A DNA stretch of 64,000 bases from Occultella glacieicola (lineage in GTDB: Bacteria > Actinomycetota > Actinomycetes > Actinomycetales > Beutenbergiaceae). The stretch covers positions 372,001 to 436,000 of the forward strand of contig NZ_SMNA01000005.1 of NCBI RefSeq assembly GCF_004353825.1, written 5' to 3'. Positions 29,325-41,125 of the stretch are shown one piece after another; within the stretch, counting starts at the first letter, position 1; each line of letters begins with the position of its first letter. A model generated the notes under the pieces. It was given only the letters and a program-made list of their open reading frames with translations, was not told the origin of the DNA and ran no database searches. Both the position numbers and the translations under genes were made by a program.

Positions 29325-29362
29325 GCGAAGGCCCCCGGTCCGATCGGACCGGGGGCCTTCGC
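29325..29362 (-). terminator. Perfect palindrome downstream of groEL
   Basis: GCGAAGGCCCCCGGTCCGA/TCGGACCGGGGGCCTTCGC. Confidence 0.75.
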
Positions 29363-29402
29363 TGCGTTCGACCGGCTGGGCCGGACTGCGATCCCTAGGG
29401 GA

Positions 29403-31115
<1,713 letters not shown>

Positions 31116-31159
31116 TCATGTCCCGCACCGGCGCAGCGCCTCATCCCACTGACCAGCTG

Positions 31160-31221
31160 TTGTCACTCTCAGGCCGAGAGTGCTAACGCCATTATTGGCA
31201 CTCTCACCCGGAGAGTGCAAG
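31160..31221 (-). promoter_or_regulatory. Two tandem CIRCE (HrcA) operators overlapping the groEL promoter
   Basis: Minus strand TTAGCACTC-N9-GAGTGACAA (31160-31186) and CTTGCACTC-N9-GAGTGCCAA (31195-31221). Confidence 0.9.
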
Positions 31222-31280
31222 AAGCGCCCGACGGCGGAGCCCGGGTTTCGCGGTCAGGTGAACGCCGGGCGCGTGGTCGC

Positions 31281-32774
31281 TCAGGGCGCCGGGTCAGGCG
31301 CCAGCGACGGCGCCGGCAGGTCGAACCGCTGGGCCAGGGCCCGACGGGCCGCATGGTGGCCGCCCATCCCGTGCACGCCCGGGCCCGGCGGCACCGACGC
31401 CGAGCACAGGTACACCCCGGGGATCCCCGCGGCGAACGGGTCCGTGGTCGGTCGCGGCCGCGCCACCATCCCCCAGGTGGACACGGCGCCGGCGGCGATA
31501 TCGCCACCGAGGTAGTTGCGGTTGTGCTCGGCCATCTGCGCGGCGGGCACACACCGCGAGGAGACGACGACGTCGGTGAAGCCGGGAGCGAAGCGTTCGA
31601 TCTGCGCGGTGACGATCCCGGTGACGTCCACGGTGCTGCCGGTGGGCACGTGGGTGTAGGCCCAGCCGGGCCGCAGTCCGGCGACGTCGCGGCCGGGGTC
31701 GGCGACGGTCGGGTCCGAGAACAGCACCAGCGGGGTGGCCGCGTGCACGCCGTCGGCCACCAGGTCCTCGGCGTGGGCCATCTCCTCACGGGTGCCGCCC
31801 ACGTGCACGGTGCTCGCCTGCCCCACCCGGGGATCGGCCCACGGCACCGGACCGGACAGCACGTAGTCCACCTTGGCGGCGGCATCCCCGTAACGGAACC
31901 GACCCAGCGCCGCGCGCACCCCCGGCGCCATCCGCTCGCCCCAGATCTCCAGGAGCGTGGCCGGGGTGGTGTCGAACAGGTAGGCGCGGGCCCGGGGCAG
32001 TTCACGCCAGGCCCGGATCGGGTGCCCGGTGCGGATCCGCCCACCGTGGGCCTCCAGGTCCGCCCGGAGCGCGGCGACGATGGCACCAGAGCCCCCCACC
32101 GGGATCGGCCAGCCGGACGCGTGCGCGAGCGTGGCCAGCATGATCGCGGTCCCGGCGCCGGCCAGCGACGGCAGGGTGGTGATCGAGTGCGCCGCCACGC
32201 CGGTGAACAGCGCCGGAGCCACCTCCCCTTGGAACCGGGCCGACCAGGCCCGGGTACCCTGCTCGAACAGACGGGATGCAGCGGCGACCGCGGCACCGAG
32301 CCCGGTGGGCGTCAGCAGGCCGGCCGGAAGGCTGCGGCGGTCCCCGAGCGCCAGCTCGGTGAGCATCGGCGCATTCTCGACGAGCGGACCGAACAGACCG
32401 AACCAGGCGGCGCCGTCGGGCCCCAGTTCTGCGGCCGTGCGCCCGAGCGAGCGGTAGGCGATCCCGGCCGGGCCGTCGGCCATCGGCTGGGCGTAGGCGA
32501 CATCCGGGACCCGCAGGTCCACGCCACGGGCGGCGAGGTCGAACTCGGCGAAGAAGGGGCTGGCCAGGGCGAGCGGGTGCACCGCCGAGCAGATGTCGTG
32601 CTCCACGCCGGGCGCGAGCCCGAGCTCGAGGGTGCGGGCACCACCGCCGACGGTCTCCTCCGCCTCGAACACGGTGACCTCCAGGCCCGCGCGAGCCAGG
32701 GTGACGGCGGCCGCCAGCCCGTTCGGTCCGGAACCGACCACCACGGCGTCCGTCACAGCCCTCATGCCTGCCAT
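31281..32774 (-). CDS. Phytoene desaturase-like FAD-dependent oxidoreductase
   Basis: GSGPNGLAAA, HDICSAVHP, CSASVPPGPGVHGMGG. Confidence 0.9.
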   Translation of the reverse strand: MAGMRAVTDAVVVGSGPNGLAAAVTLARAGLEVTVFEAEETVGGGARTLELGLAPGVEHDICSAVHPLALASPFFAEFDLAARGVDLRVPDVAYAQPMADGPAGIAYRSLGRTAAELGPDGAAWFGLFGPLVENAPMLTELALGDRRSLPAGLLTPTGLGAAVAAASRLFEQGTRAWSARFQGEVAPALFTGVAAHSITTLPSLAGAGTAIMLATLAHASGWPIPVGGSGAIVAALRADLEAHGGRIRTGHPIRAWRELPRARAYLFDTTPATLLEIWGERMAPGVRAALGRFRYGDAAAKVDYVLSGPVPWADPRVGQASTVHVGGTREEMAHAEDLVADGVHAATPLVLFSDPTVADPGRDVAGLRPGWAYTHVPTGSTVDVTGIVTAQIERFAPGFTDVVVSSRCVPAAQMAEHNRNYLGGDIAAGAVSTWGMVARPRPTTDPFAAGIPGVYLCSASVPPGPGVHGMGGHHAARRALAQRFDLPAPSLAPDPAP

Positions 32775-32826
32775 TGTTCCCCACAACCCGACGAGCACCG
32801 CCCTGGGCGCCTTAGGATCGAGGGCG

Positions 32827-34158
32827 ATGAGGTCCCCCCGTCGCACGTTCTGGACGCTCGCCGCCGTGGTCGCCGTGGTGGCGCTCGTCGGCGCCGCCGC
32901 GGTGGTCCGCGACCGCGGCCGGGTGGACCAGGTGGACCTGTACACCCTCGGGATCGGGGTGCGCCCGGACGGGACGGTGACGACGATCCCCACGGACTCC
33001 GACGGCGCCTACCTGCCCGGCTCCCGGGTGCTCGACCCCGGCCCGGACGCCACCCAGGCGGACCGCGACGCCGCGCGGGCCCTGGCCGAACAGACATGGA
33101 CCTGGCTCGACGCCGGGACGGTGCCGGGCGCCGGCGGGCCGCACGAGGACCTCGTCACCGACGCCCTGCTGGACCTGCACACGCTCACCCTCGACGGTGG
33201 CGCCGCGGTCGCCGGGTACTCAAGCAAGTGGCGCTACGTCTGGCCGCGGGACGCCTCGTTCGTCGCCGCCGCACTCACAGCAACCGGGCACCACGAGGAC
33301 GCGGTCGAGGTGTTCGAGTTCCTCGACGGTGTCCAGCACCCGGACGGGAGCTTCGAGGCCCGCTACCTGCCGGACGGGTCCGGCCCACCCGATGACCGGG
33401 GTCTGCAGACCGACGGGACCGGCTGGGTGCTCTGGGCGCTCGCCCACGTCGCCGACACCCTCGGCCCAGGCCCCGAGCGCGCCGACCTGCTGAGGGCGTT
33501 CACCCCGATGATCGAGAGGTCCACCGGGTACCTCCAGGCCCAGGTGGCGAACCCGCGGTCCCTACCTGCGCCGTCGGCCGACTACTGGGAACACCGCGAG
33601 CAGGCGCTGACCCTCGGCACCGCCGGCCCCGTGCTCGCCGGCCTCGAGGCGGCTGAACACCTGCTGGACCTGCTCGGGCGCGACGACGACGCGGCCCTCG
33701 CCGGAGCCGACGCCGACCGTCTGCACGGGGCGGTCCTGGCCAACTTCGGCCAGACCGGCTACGGGCGCTATGCCGGGCGGTCCGCTCGGGACGCGGCCAC
33801 GGCGTTCGTGCTGCCGCCGTTCCAACCGGAGGGGCTGGCCGGTGCGGCCGCCGCCTGGGAGGCCTCGATCGCCGAGATGATCCGGCCGGCGGGTGGCCTC
33901 GCCCCGGGGGGCTCGTGGCCCGAGACGTCGATCTCGTGGACGCCGCAGACCAGCCTGTACGCATGGTCCGCCGCGGCGAACGGTCAACCCGAGCGCGCCG
34001 TCGAGTGGCTGGACTGGATCGCCGAGCACCGGACCCCGCTGGGGGCGATCCCGGAGAAGGTCGGGCCGGACGGCTCGCCCGCCGGCGTCGCACCGCTGAT
34101 GTGGTCGGCCGCCGTGGTGATCCTCACGGCCGCCGAGCTCGAGGAGTCCGCTCCCTGA
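32827..34158 (+). CDS. Glycoside hydrolase family 15-like protein with N-terminal anchor
   Basis: YVWPRDASF, QTDG, DYWE, IPEK, PLMWS. Confidence 0.8.
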   Translation: MRSPRRTFWTLAAVVAVVALVGAAAVVRDRGRVDQVDLYTLGIGVRPDGTVTTIPTDSDGAYLPGSRVLDPGPDATQADRDAARALAEQTWTWLDAGTVPGAGGPHEDLVTDALLDLHTLTLDGGAAVAGYSSKWRYVWPRDASFVAAALTATGHHEDAVEVFEFLDGVQHPDGSFEARYLPDGSGPPDDRGLQTDGTGWVLWALAHVADTLGPGPERADLLRAFTPMIERSTGYLQAQVANPRSLPAPSADYWEHREQALTLGTAGPVLAGLEAAEHLLDLLGRDDDAALAGADADRLHGAVLANFGQTGYGRYAGRSARDAATAFVLPPFQPEGLAGAAAAWEASIAEMIRPAGGLAPGGSWPETSISWTPQTSLYAWSAAANGQPERAVEWLDWIAEHRTPLGAIPEKVGPDGSPAGVAPLMWSAAVVILTAAELEESAP

Positions 34159-34225
34159 GCCGACGGCGGAACTCGCCTCGCCCGGCCGGGCACGCTCGGC
34201 CCGGGCGAACTCAGGCCGGTCCGGC

Positions 34226-34825
34226 TCAGCCCCGGAAGTCCTCGCGGAGCACCACGACGATGCCGTCCGAGGCCGCCGAGGAGTCCTCGATCAGGTCGGT
34301 GACGCCAAGCAGCTCACCGACGGCCGCGGCCTCCTCGGCCATGTCCGCGGTGGTGTAGAACACGGCGGAGGATGTGGGCAGCTCGCGGGAGTAGTTCTCC
34401 GGGGTGACGTTCGTCCAGCCCTCGTCCGTGAGCGCCTCGGCGGCGGCACCGGCCAGACCCGACACACCGGCCCCGTTGAGGACGTACACGGACAGGTCCT
34501 GATCGAGGTCGGCCGGCTCCTCGGTGGTCGGTTCCTCGGTGGTCGGCTCCTCGGTCGGGGCCTCCGTGGTGGCGTCCGTCGGGGTCGGCTCCCCCGGTTC
34601 GGTCGTCGAACTCGCCGCACCGGTCGGGTCGTCGGTGCCACCGAACCCGCCGGAGAGCAGCCGCACCGCACCGAACGCGAGCAGCGGGGCCAGGATGATC
34701 ACCACGAGGAACGGGAGCAACTGCCGCCAGCGCGACTGCGGCGCGCGGTGCACGCCCTGCGGGGTCCGATCCGCGCCGAGGGCGTCGAACTCGTCCTCGG
34801 GGTGCGGATAGTCCCTGTTACTCAC
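34226..34825 (-). CDS. LytR C-terminal domain membrane protein
   Basis: DEFD...GVHRAP, TM, TTEEP linker, VLNGAGVSGLAG. Confidence 0.85.
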   Translation of the reverse strand: MSNRDYPHPEDEFDALGADRTPQGVHRAPQSRWRQLLPFLVVIILAPLLAFGAVRLLSGGFGGTDDPTGAASSTTEPGEPTPTDATTEAPTEEPTTEEPTTEEPADLDQDLSVYVLNGAGVSGLAGAAAEALTDEGWTNVTPENYSRELPTSSAVFYTTADMAEEAAAVGELLGVTDLIEDSSAASDGIVVVLREDFRG

Positions 34826-34852
34826 ACCCGAAGGTTAACGGTTCGGGCCGGT

Positions 34853-35146
34853 TCAGAGCTCATTGCCCAGGCGGCGTGCCGAGCGCTCGCGCTGGCGGGT
34901 GCTGCGCATCCGACGCAGCCGCTTGACCAGCATCGGTTCGGCCGCGAGCGCCGCGGGGTCGTCGATCAGCGCGTTCAGGACCTGGTAGTACCGGGTGGCG
35001 GACATGTCGAAGAGTTCCCGGATGGCGGTCTCCTTGGCCCCGGCGTACTTCCACCACTGCCGCTCGAAGGCGAGGATCTCGGCGTCGCGTTCACTCAGTG
35101 CTGCTTCGTCCGAACGCTGCGTGGACAACACCCTCGCTGCCGACAT
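34853..35146 (-). CDS. DUF3263 domain protein
   Basis: ILAFERQWWKYAGAKETAIRELFDMSATRYYQVLNALID. Confidence 0.9.
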   Translation of the reverse strand: MSAARVLSTQRSDEAALSERDAEILAFERQWWKYAGAKETAIRELFDMSATRYYQVLNALIDDPAALAAEPMLVKRLRRMRSTRQRERSARRLGNEL

Positions 35147-35310
35147 CGTGCCTCCTCGTTCCCCTGCGTGATCCTGTTCCTGCTGGGCCGGCGGTGCGGC
35201 GCCTCTCGGTGCCGTGGTGCTGCGGCGACCCGTGGTGGTTCATCGTAGGGGCAAACGACACGCGTGTCATTTCTCCCGCGCCGGACCTGGTGTGGTATCG
35301 GTCGTGGCCG

Positions 35311-35799
35311 TCAGGGCGCGACCTGGGACCGCCCGAGCCTGGACTCGGCGGTGCGCACGAGGGACGGTGCGAGCGTGCGGTGGATCGGCGCGAGCACACC
35401 CCAGACGACCCTGCCAGCGACGTGCCGGTAGCTCAGGCACGTGGTCAGAGCCACCCGCCCGTCGCCGGTGGTCACGATCAGGTTGCCGGACACCAGCCCC
35501 GAATCCGCCTCGAGCCGGATCCAGTCGCGTTCGACAGCGGCGATTCGCCAGCCGGCGAGCGTGTCGCGCGACCGCGATGGCGACAACCGCAACCGCAGGA
35601 GTCCGTGCCAGATCGCGCGCTCGGCGAGGTCTGGCTCGTCTCCGAACATCGCCCTGGCCCAGTCCTGCGCCGACGCCACCACCGCCGTCCGCATCGACAC
35701 CCGGTCGACGTAGTCGAGGCTCGCCAGCGAGCTGAGCGTTCGAACCTGGGCGAGGCAGTCCTCGCCCACGATGAGGACGACGCCGTTTCGATGGGCCAT
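35311..35799 (-). CDS. Hypothetical protein (DUF2867-like)
   Basis: SAQDWARAMF, AGWRIAA, WGVLAPIHR; divergent from a TetR gene. Confidence 0.55.
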   Translation of the reverse strand: MAHRNGVVLIVGEDCLAQVRTLSSLASLDYVDRVSMRTAVVASAQDWARAMFGDEPDLAERAIWHGLLRLRLSPSRSRDTLAGWRIAAVERDWIRLEADSGLVSGNLIVTTGDGRVALTTCLSYRHVAGRVVWGVLAPIHRTLAPSLVRTAESRLGRSQVAP

Positions 35800-35818
35800 G
35801 GCACGGTCTCCGATCTTG

Positions 35819-35872
35819 TTATACGGATGCGTATAACGCATCACCCTAGCAGAGGTTGTACGGTTGCGTATA
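35819..35872. promoter_or_regulatory. Two TATACG-N4-CGTATA palindromes (putative TetR operators)
   Basis: TTATACGGATGCGTATAA (35819-35836) and TGTACGGTTGCGTATA (35857-35872). Confidence 0.6.
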
Positions 35873-35891
35873 CGTGGGGTGAGGAGGACGG

Positions 35892-36473
35892 GTGGGATCG
35901 CAGCGCACGCCCCGGGAGGGCTGGGTAGAGGAAGGGCTCCGGGTACTTGCCGAGTCGGGGGTCGACGCGGTCCGGGTCGAGGCCATCGCCAAGAACCTCG
36001 GCGTCACCAAGGGCGGCTTCTACGGATACTTCGCCGACCGCGCGGCACTGCTGCAGACGATGCTCGACACCTGGGAGCGCGAGAGCGTAGATGAGGTGCT
36101 CGAGCAGGTACAAAGGCTGGGCGGGGACGTCCGGTCACAGGCGATCAGCGCCGGCGAGTTGACCTTCTCCAACGACCGGCTGCTGCCGATCGACCTCGCC
36201 ATCAGGTCGTGGGCACGCCGCGACGACACGGTCGCCGCGCGCTTGGCTCGGCTCGATGGGCGGCGCATGGACGTGCTGCGTGCCACGATGAGCACCTTCT
36301 GCGACGACCCGCTCGAGGTGGAGGCCCGCAGTCTGATGGCATTCTGCGTCGCGATCGGCGAGCACTACCTGGCGACCGAGCACGGCGGACTGCCCCGGGC
36401 GCACGTCATCGCCCGAGCGGCCGAACTACTCCTGAGCCGGGAGCCGATGGGCGGCCCGGATCTGCCACAGTAG
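35892..36473 (+). CDS. TetR/AcrR family regulator
   Basis: [21 protein letters not shown]. Confidence 0.9.
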   Translation: MGSQRTPREGWVEEGLRVLAESGVDAVRVEAIAKNLGVTKGGFYGYFADRAALLQTMLDTWERESVDEVLEQVQRLGGDVRSQAISAGELTFSNDRLLPIDLAIRSWARRDDTVAARLARLDGRRMDVLRATMSTFCDDPLEVEARSLMAFCVAIGEHYLATEHGGLPRAHVIARAAELLLSREPMGGPDLPQ

Positions 36474-36477
36474 TTCC

Positions 36478-37194
36478 GTGGAGAACACGCCGACGCCGAC
36501 CGGTCGGGAGGGCACCGCCGCTCGCCCGCTCGCCGACCTGATCGACCCCGGCTGGGCCGCCGCTCTCGCGGACGTGGAGCCACAGGTGCACGCGATGGGC
36601 GAGTTCCTGCGGGCGGAGATGGCCGCGGGGAACGGCTATCTGCCGGCCGGGGAGCACGTGCTCCGGGCGTTCACGAACCCGCTGGCCGACGTCCGGGTGC
36701 TCATCGTCGGGCAGGACCCCTACCCCACCCCTGGGCACGCCATGGGGCTCTCGTTCTCGGTGGCCCCGGACGTGCGGCCGGTGCCGCGTTCCCTGCAGAA
36801 CATCTACCGCGAGCTCGGCACCGACCTCGGACTGCCGACGCCCGCCAACGGCGACCTGTCCCCGTGGGCGGACGCCGGGGTCCTGTTGCTGAACCGGAGC
36901 CTCACCGTGCGCCCGGGGTCGCCGGCGTCCCACCGCGGCAAGGGCTGGGAAGCGGTCACCGATGCCGCCATCCGTGCGCTCGTGGCCCGCGACGCCCCGT
37001 TGGTGGCGATCCTGTGGGGCAACGACGCCCGCTCGCTGACCCCATTGCTCGGGCGGACCCCGATCGTCGCGAGCGCCCACCCGAGCCCGCTGTCCGCCTC
37101 CCGCGGGTTCTTCGGGTCCCGGCCGTTCAGCCGCGCCAACGCCCTGCTCGTGGAGCAGGGCGGCGCCCCGGTCGACTGGTCCCTGCCGGCATGA
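36478..37194 (+). CDS. ung: Uracil-DNA glycosylase
   Basis: GQDPY, LLLN, HPSPLS. Confidence 0.95.
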   Translation: MENTPTPTGREGTAARPLADLIDPGWAAALADVEPQVHAMGEFLRAEMAAGNGYLPAGEHVLRAFTNPLADVRVLIVGQDPYPTPGHAMGLSFSVAPDVRPVPRSLQNIYRELGTDLGLPTPANGDLSPWADAGVLLLNRSLTVRPGSPASHRGKGWEAVTDAAIRALVARDAPLVAILWGNDARSLTPLLGRTPIVASAHPSPLSASRGFFGSRPFSRANALLVEQGGAPVDWSLPA

Positions 37195-37345
37195 GGCGGC
37201 ACCGCCCGCCGTCATGCAGAACCTGAGTCCCGAAGCAGTCCCGGAGACCGTCCTGCTTCAAGCCGGAGGGACTGCCTCGCGACCCCACGCGTACCGCAGC
37301 CGTGCAAACGCGTAGCCAGGACGCCCGCGCTCGAGGTAGGAAGGG

Positions 37346-38263
37346 GTGGTGAACCCCGTGCTGCACCCGGTGTCGGATCCCGCCCGCTGGTCCCGTTACG
37401 TCGCCGTCGGCGACTCGATGACCGAGGGGCTGTGGGACCCGGACCCACAGGACCCGGAGCGGGTGCGTGGGTGGGCCGACCAGCTCGCCGGATCCCTGTC
37501 CGCGCGCCGCGTCGATGCCGGTCTGACCGCGCTGGAGTACGCGAACCTGGCCATCCGTGGACGGCTGCTCGAACGGATCGTCGATGAGCAGCTCCCGGTG
37601 GCGCTCGAGGCCGAGCCCGACCTGATCTCCCTTGTCGGCGGCGGCAACGACTTGCTCCGCCCCGGCTCCGACCCGGACCGGATGGCGGGCGTCCTGGAGG
37701 ACGCGGTGCACCGGGTCCGGCGCGCCGGCGTCGACGTGCTGCTCGCGACCGGCACCGACACCCGCCAGGCCGGGGTGCTGCGCGCCATCCGAGGCCGGGT
37801 GGCCGTGTACAACGCGCACATCTGGTCGATCGCCCGCCGGCACGACGCCTATGTCGTCGACGTGTGGGGCCTGCGGGCCATCCAGGACTGGCGGATGTGG
37901 GCGCAGGACCGCATCCACCTCACCACCGAGGGTCATCAGCGGGTCGCGCAGGCGGCGCTGGTCGCGCTCGGTCTCACGCCCGACGACGAGGCCTGGGCCG
38001 ATCCGTTGGCGCGCCTCGCGCCGGTCCCGTCCGGGCAGCGGTTCCGCTCCGACGCGGAGTGGTTCGTCCGCGACGTCTACCCGTGGGCGACCCGTCGACT
38101 GTGGGGCCGTTCCTCGGGGGACACCCGGGTGCCGAAGCGACCCCAGGTCGAGCCGCTGGCGCCCTCCGCGACCGCAGCAACGCCGTCGGACGCCACCGGA
38201 CCGACCGCCGGTGCCGCCGGCACCGGCGGTCCGGGCAGTGCCGAGAGGGTGACCCCGCAGTGA
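37346..38263 (+). CDS. SGNH/GDSL hydrolase
   Basis: GDSMTEG, NLAIRG, GGND, DRIH. Confidence 0.9.
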   Translation: MVNPVLHPVSDPARWSRYVAVGDSMTEGLWDPDPQDPERVRGWADQLAGSLSARRVDAGLTALEYANLAIRGRLLERIVDEQLPVALEAEPDLISLVGGGNDLLRPGSDPDRMAGVLEDAVHRVRRAGVDVLLATGTDTRQAGVLRAIRGRVAVYNAHIWSIARRHDAYVVDVWGLRAIQDWRMWAQDRIHLTTEGHQRVAQAALVALGLTPDDEAWADPLARLAPVPSGQRFRSDAEWFVRDVYPWATRRLWGRSSGDTRVPKRPQVEPLAPSATAATPSDATGPTAGAAGTGGPGSAERVTPQ

Positions 38264-38487
38264 GCGGCAACCGCCCGGACGGGTTCGACTACCGCGAGGC
38301 CGGTGGCGAGGTCCGGATCACCCACCACGGCCGCCACGCCACCACGCTGCGCGGGGGCCGGGCCGCGGAGTTCCTGCGGGAGGTCGAGTCCGGCGACCCG
38401 CAGGAGCTGATGGCCCGGGTGACCGGCAACTACAAGCACGGCAACGAGCGCACCGCGCGCAACCACCCGCGCAACCGGGGTCGCTGA
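38260..38487 (+). CDS. Small hypothetical protein (75 aa)
   Basis: GTGA overlap with the upstream stop; GC3-rich codons; QELMARVTGNYKHGNER. Confidence 0.65.
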   Translation: MSGNRPDGFDYREAGGEVRITHHGRHATTLRGGRAAEFLREVESGDPQELMARVTGNYKHGNERTARNHPRNRGR

Positions 38488-38557
38488 GGAACCTCCGTCC
38501 GCCGCGGACCCGTGACGTCGCGGCCAGCGGTGCCGCCGCGGCGGAACCTCGCCGACG

Positions 38558-38977
38558 TCAGCTCGGACCGAGGTCGGCGGAGTACCAGCGCTGCGGCTCC
38601 ATCCGGACGAGCATCTGAACGCCGAAGCCGGCCGCCATCTCGAGGTACGCCCTCGCGCCGTCACCCAGATACCGGCGCGCGATCGCGAGGTGTTCGTCCT
38701 CGGTCGCCTCCCGGGCCTCGGTGACCGGACCCTCCACGCTGACGTACCGCACCCGCGGTGTGGACTGTTCGGCGAGCAACGAGAACCGGCCGGCCGCCTG
38801 GATCAGACGCGCCTTCACCGAGTCCGCAGGCGTCACCACCCACACCGACCCGCCGGGCTGATAGCCGTACCAGAGCGGCACCACGAGCGGCCCGCGGTCC
38901 GGGCCGGCGTCGACGGCGAGCGCGCCGATGTGGGGCTGGGCCAGGAACTCCTGCCATTCGGTCTGCGGCATCGTCAT
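38558..38977 (-). CDS. Pyridoxamine 5'-phosphate oxidase-like protein
   Basis: PLVVPLWY, SVKARLI, YVSVEG. Confidence 0.8.
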   Translation of the reverse strand: MTMPQTEWQEFLAQPHIGALAVDAGPDRGPLVVPLWYGYQPGGSVWVVTPADSVKARLIQAAGRFSLLAEQSTPRVRYVSVEGPVTEAREATEDEHLAIARRYLGDGARAYLEMAAGFGVQMLVRMEPQRWYSADLGPS

Positions 38978-39046
38978 GTCACGTTCTCCCTCGGTCAGCG
39001 CTTACGACGACGCTACCCACCGCCTGTGACACAACACCCCGCAGGG

Positions 39047-39084
39047 GCCGAGGGTGCTGTTGTGGCTGCCGGATCCGCACTCTC
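39047..39084. repeat. Dispersed REP-like element, copy 2
   Basis: Reverse complement GAGAGTGCGGATCCGGCAGCCACAACAGCACCCTCGGC. Confidence 0.7.
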
Positions 39085-39178
39085 ACGATTTCCGCGTTCC
39101 GCCGAAATCCGGCGGACGCCGTCGAACCGGTGGAGACTGGGAGGCGATCATGGCAGACCCGTTCGCAGGGAGGCGATC

Positions 39179-41095
39179 ATGACGGACCAACCGGTTGTCA
39201 CCGAGCGTGAGGCCAGGGCTGTGGCGGAGCAGGCCCGGCAGAGCGACTGGACCATGGACTCGTTCGCCAAGGACCTCTACCTCGGCGAGTTCCGCCCGGA
39301 CCTGGTCTGGCCGCGGCCACCGGACGATCCCGAGCGCGAGGCCCGCGGGCAGCAGTTCCTGACCGACCTGGAGGCACACCTGCGGCGGCACATCGACGGT
39401 GCCCGGATCGAGGCCGAGGACCGGATCTCCGATCTGGATCTGTCCGGCCTGATCGAACTCGGGGTGTTCGGCATCAAGATCCCCACGCGCTACGGCGGAC
39501 TCGGGCTCAGCCAGGTGCATTACAACCGGGCACTCATGCTGCTCGGGACCGTGCACCCGAGCCTGGGGGCGATGGTCTCGGCGCACCAGTCGATCGGGGT
39601 GCCCGAACCGGTGAAGCAGTTCGGCAACGAGGCGCAGAAGGAGCAGTACCTGCGCCGGTGCGCCGAGGGAGCGATCTCGGCGTTCCTCCTCACCGAACCG
39701 GACGTCGGGTCGGACCCGGCGCGGTTGCAGACCTCGGCCACCCGCACGCCCGAGGGCGACTACCTCCTCGACGGCGTGAAGCTCTGGACCACGAACGGGG
39801 TCCTCGCCGAACTGCTGGTGGTGATGGCACGGGTCGCCCCGCACTCCGGCGGCAAGGGTGGGATCACCGCCTTCGTCGTGGAGGCGCACGCCCCGGGGAT
39901 CACGGTCGAGCGGCGGAACGCGTTCCTGGGCCTGAAGGGTCTGGAGAACGGGGTGACCCGGTTCCACCAGGTGCGGGTGCCCGCCGAGAACGTCATCGGT
40001 GCCGAGGGCCGCGGCCTGAAGATCGCACTCACCACCCTGAACACCGGACGGCTGTCCATCCCGGCACTGTGCGTGGCGGCCAGCAAGTGGTCGCTCAAGA
40101 TCGCCCGGGAGTGGGCCGCCGAGCGGGTGCAATGGGGGCGGCCGGTCGGCCGGCATCCCGCGGTCGCGCACCAGCTCGCGTTCATGGCCACGACCACCTA
40201 CGCGCAGGAGGCCATGGTGGAGATCGCCGGGCAGCTGTCCGACTCGGGCGGCGCCGACATCCGGATCGAGGCCGCACTGGCGAAGCTCTGGTGCTCGGAG
40301 ATGGCCTGGCAGGTGGCCGACCGGCTGGTCCAGATCCGGGGCGGGCGCGGCTACGAGACGGCCGCGTCCCTCGCCGCCCGCGGGGAGCGGGCCGTGCCGG
40401 CCGAGCAGGTGCTCCGCGATCTGCGGATCAACCGGATCTTCGAAGGTGCCAGCGAGATCATGCACCTGCTGATCGCCCGAGAGGCGGTGGACGCGCACCT
40501 GTCGGTGGCCGGCAAGCTGATCGACCCGGACGCCGACCTGTCCGCGAAGGCCGACGCAGCCAAGGCGGCCGCGGCGTTCTACGCGGGGTGGCTGCCGCGC
40601 CTGGTGGTCGGGCCCGGGGACTCCCCCACCGGCTTTGCCGATCTCGGCCCGCTGGCCGGGCACCTGCGATACGTGGAGCGCACCTCCCGCCGGCTGGCCC
40701 GGTCCACGTTCTACGGCATGGCCCGCTGGCAGGGCGGGCTCGAGCACAAGCAGGGCTTCCTCGGCCGGATCGTGGACATAGGCGCGGAGCTGTTCGCGAT
40801 GACCGCGGTGTGCGCGCACGCCTCCGCCCACGGCGGCCGGGGCGGTCCGGGCTCCCCGCAGGCACTCGCGAACGCGTTCTGCCGGCAGTCGAGACTGCGG
40901 GTCAACTCGCTGCTGCGGGCGCTGTGGGTGAACACCGACAGCACCGACGAGGCGCTCGCGGCCGATGTGCTCGAGGGACGCTACTCCTGGGCCGAGGCCG
41001 GAATCATCGATGCCTCCGAGGGCACCGGCCCGTGGATCGCCGACGCCGCCCCCGGCCCGTCGACCACCGACTCGGTAGCCCGCAGATACCGCTGA
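39179..41095 (+). CDS. Acyl-CoA dehydrogenase (long type)
   Basis: FLLTEPDVGSD, GVKLWTTNG, QIRGGRGY, RIFEG. Confidence 0.95.
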   Translation: MTDQPVVTEREARAVAEQARQSDWTMDSFAKDLYLGEFRPDLVWPRPPDDPEREARGQQFLTDLEAHLRRHIDGARIEAEDRISDLDLSGLIELGVFGIKIPTRYGGLGLSQVHYNRALMLLGTVHPSLGAMVSAHQSIGVPEPVKQFGNEAQKEQYLRRCAEGAISAFLLTEPDVGSDPARLQTSATRTPEGDYLLDGVKLWTTNGVLAELLVVMARVAPHSGGKGGITAFVVEAHAPGITVERRNAFLGLKGLENGVTRFHQVRVPAENVIGAEGRGLKIALTTLNTGRLSIPALCVAASKWSLKIAREWAAERVQWGRPVGRHPAVAHQLAFMATTTYAQEAMVEIAGQLSDSGGADIRIEAALAKLWCSEMAWQVADRLVQIRGGRGYETAASLAARGERAVPAEQVLRDLRINRIFEGASEIMHLLIAREAVDAHLSVAGKLIDPDADLSAKADAAKAAAAFYAGWLPRLVVGPGDSPTGFADLGPLAGHLRYVERTSRRLARSTFYGMARWQGGLEHKQGFLGRIVDIGAELFAMTAVCAHASAHGGRGGPGSPQALANAFCRQSRLRVNSLLRALWVNTDSTDEALAADVLEGRYSWAEAGIIDASEGTGPWIADAAPGPSTTDSVARRYR

Positions 41096-41125
41096 ACGGG
41101 CCACCGCCCAAGCCGGGGCCCGCGG

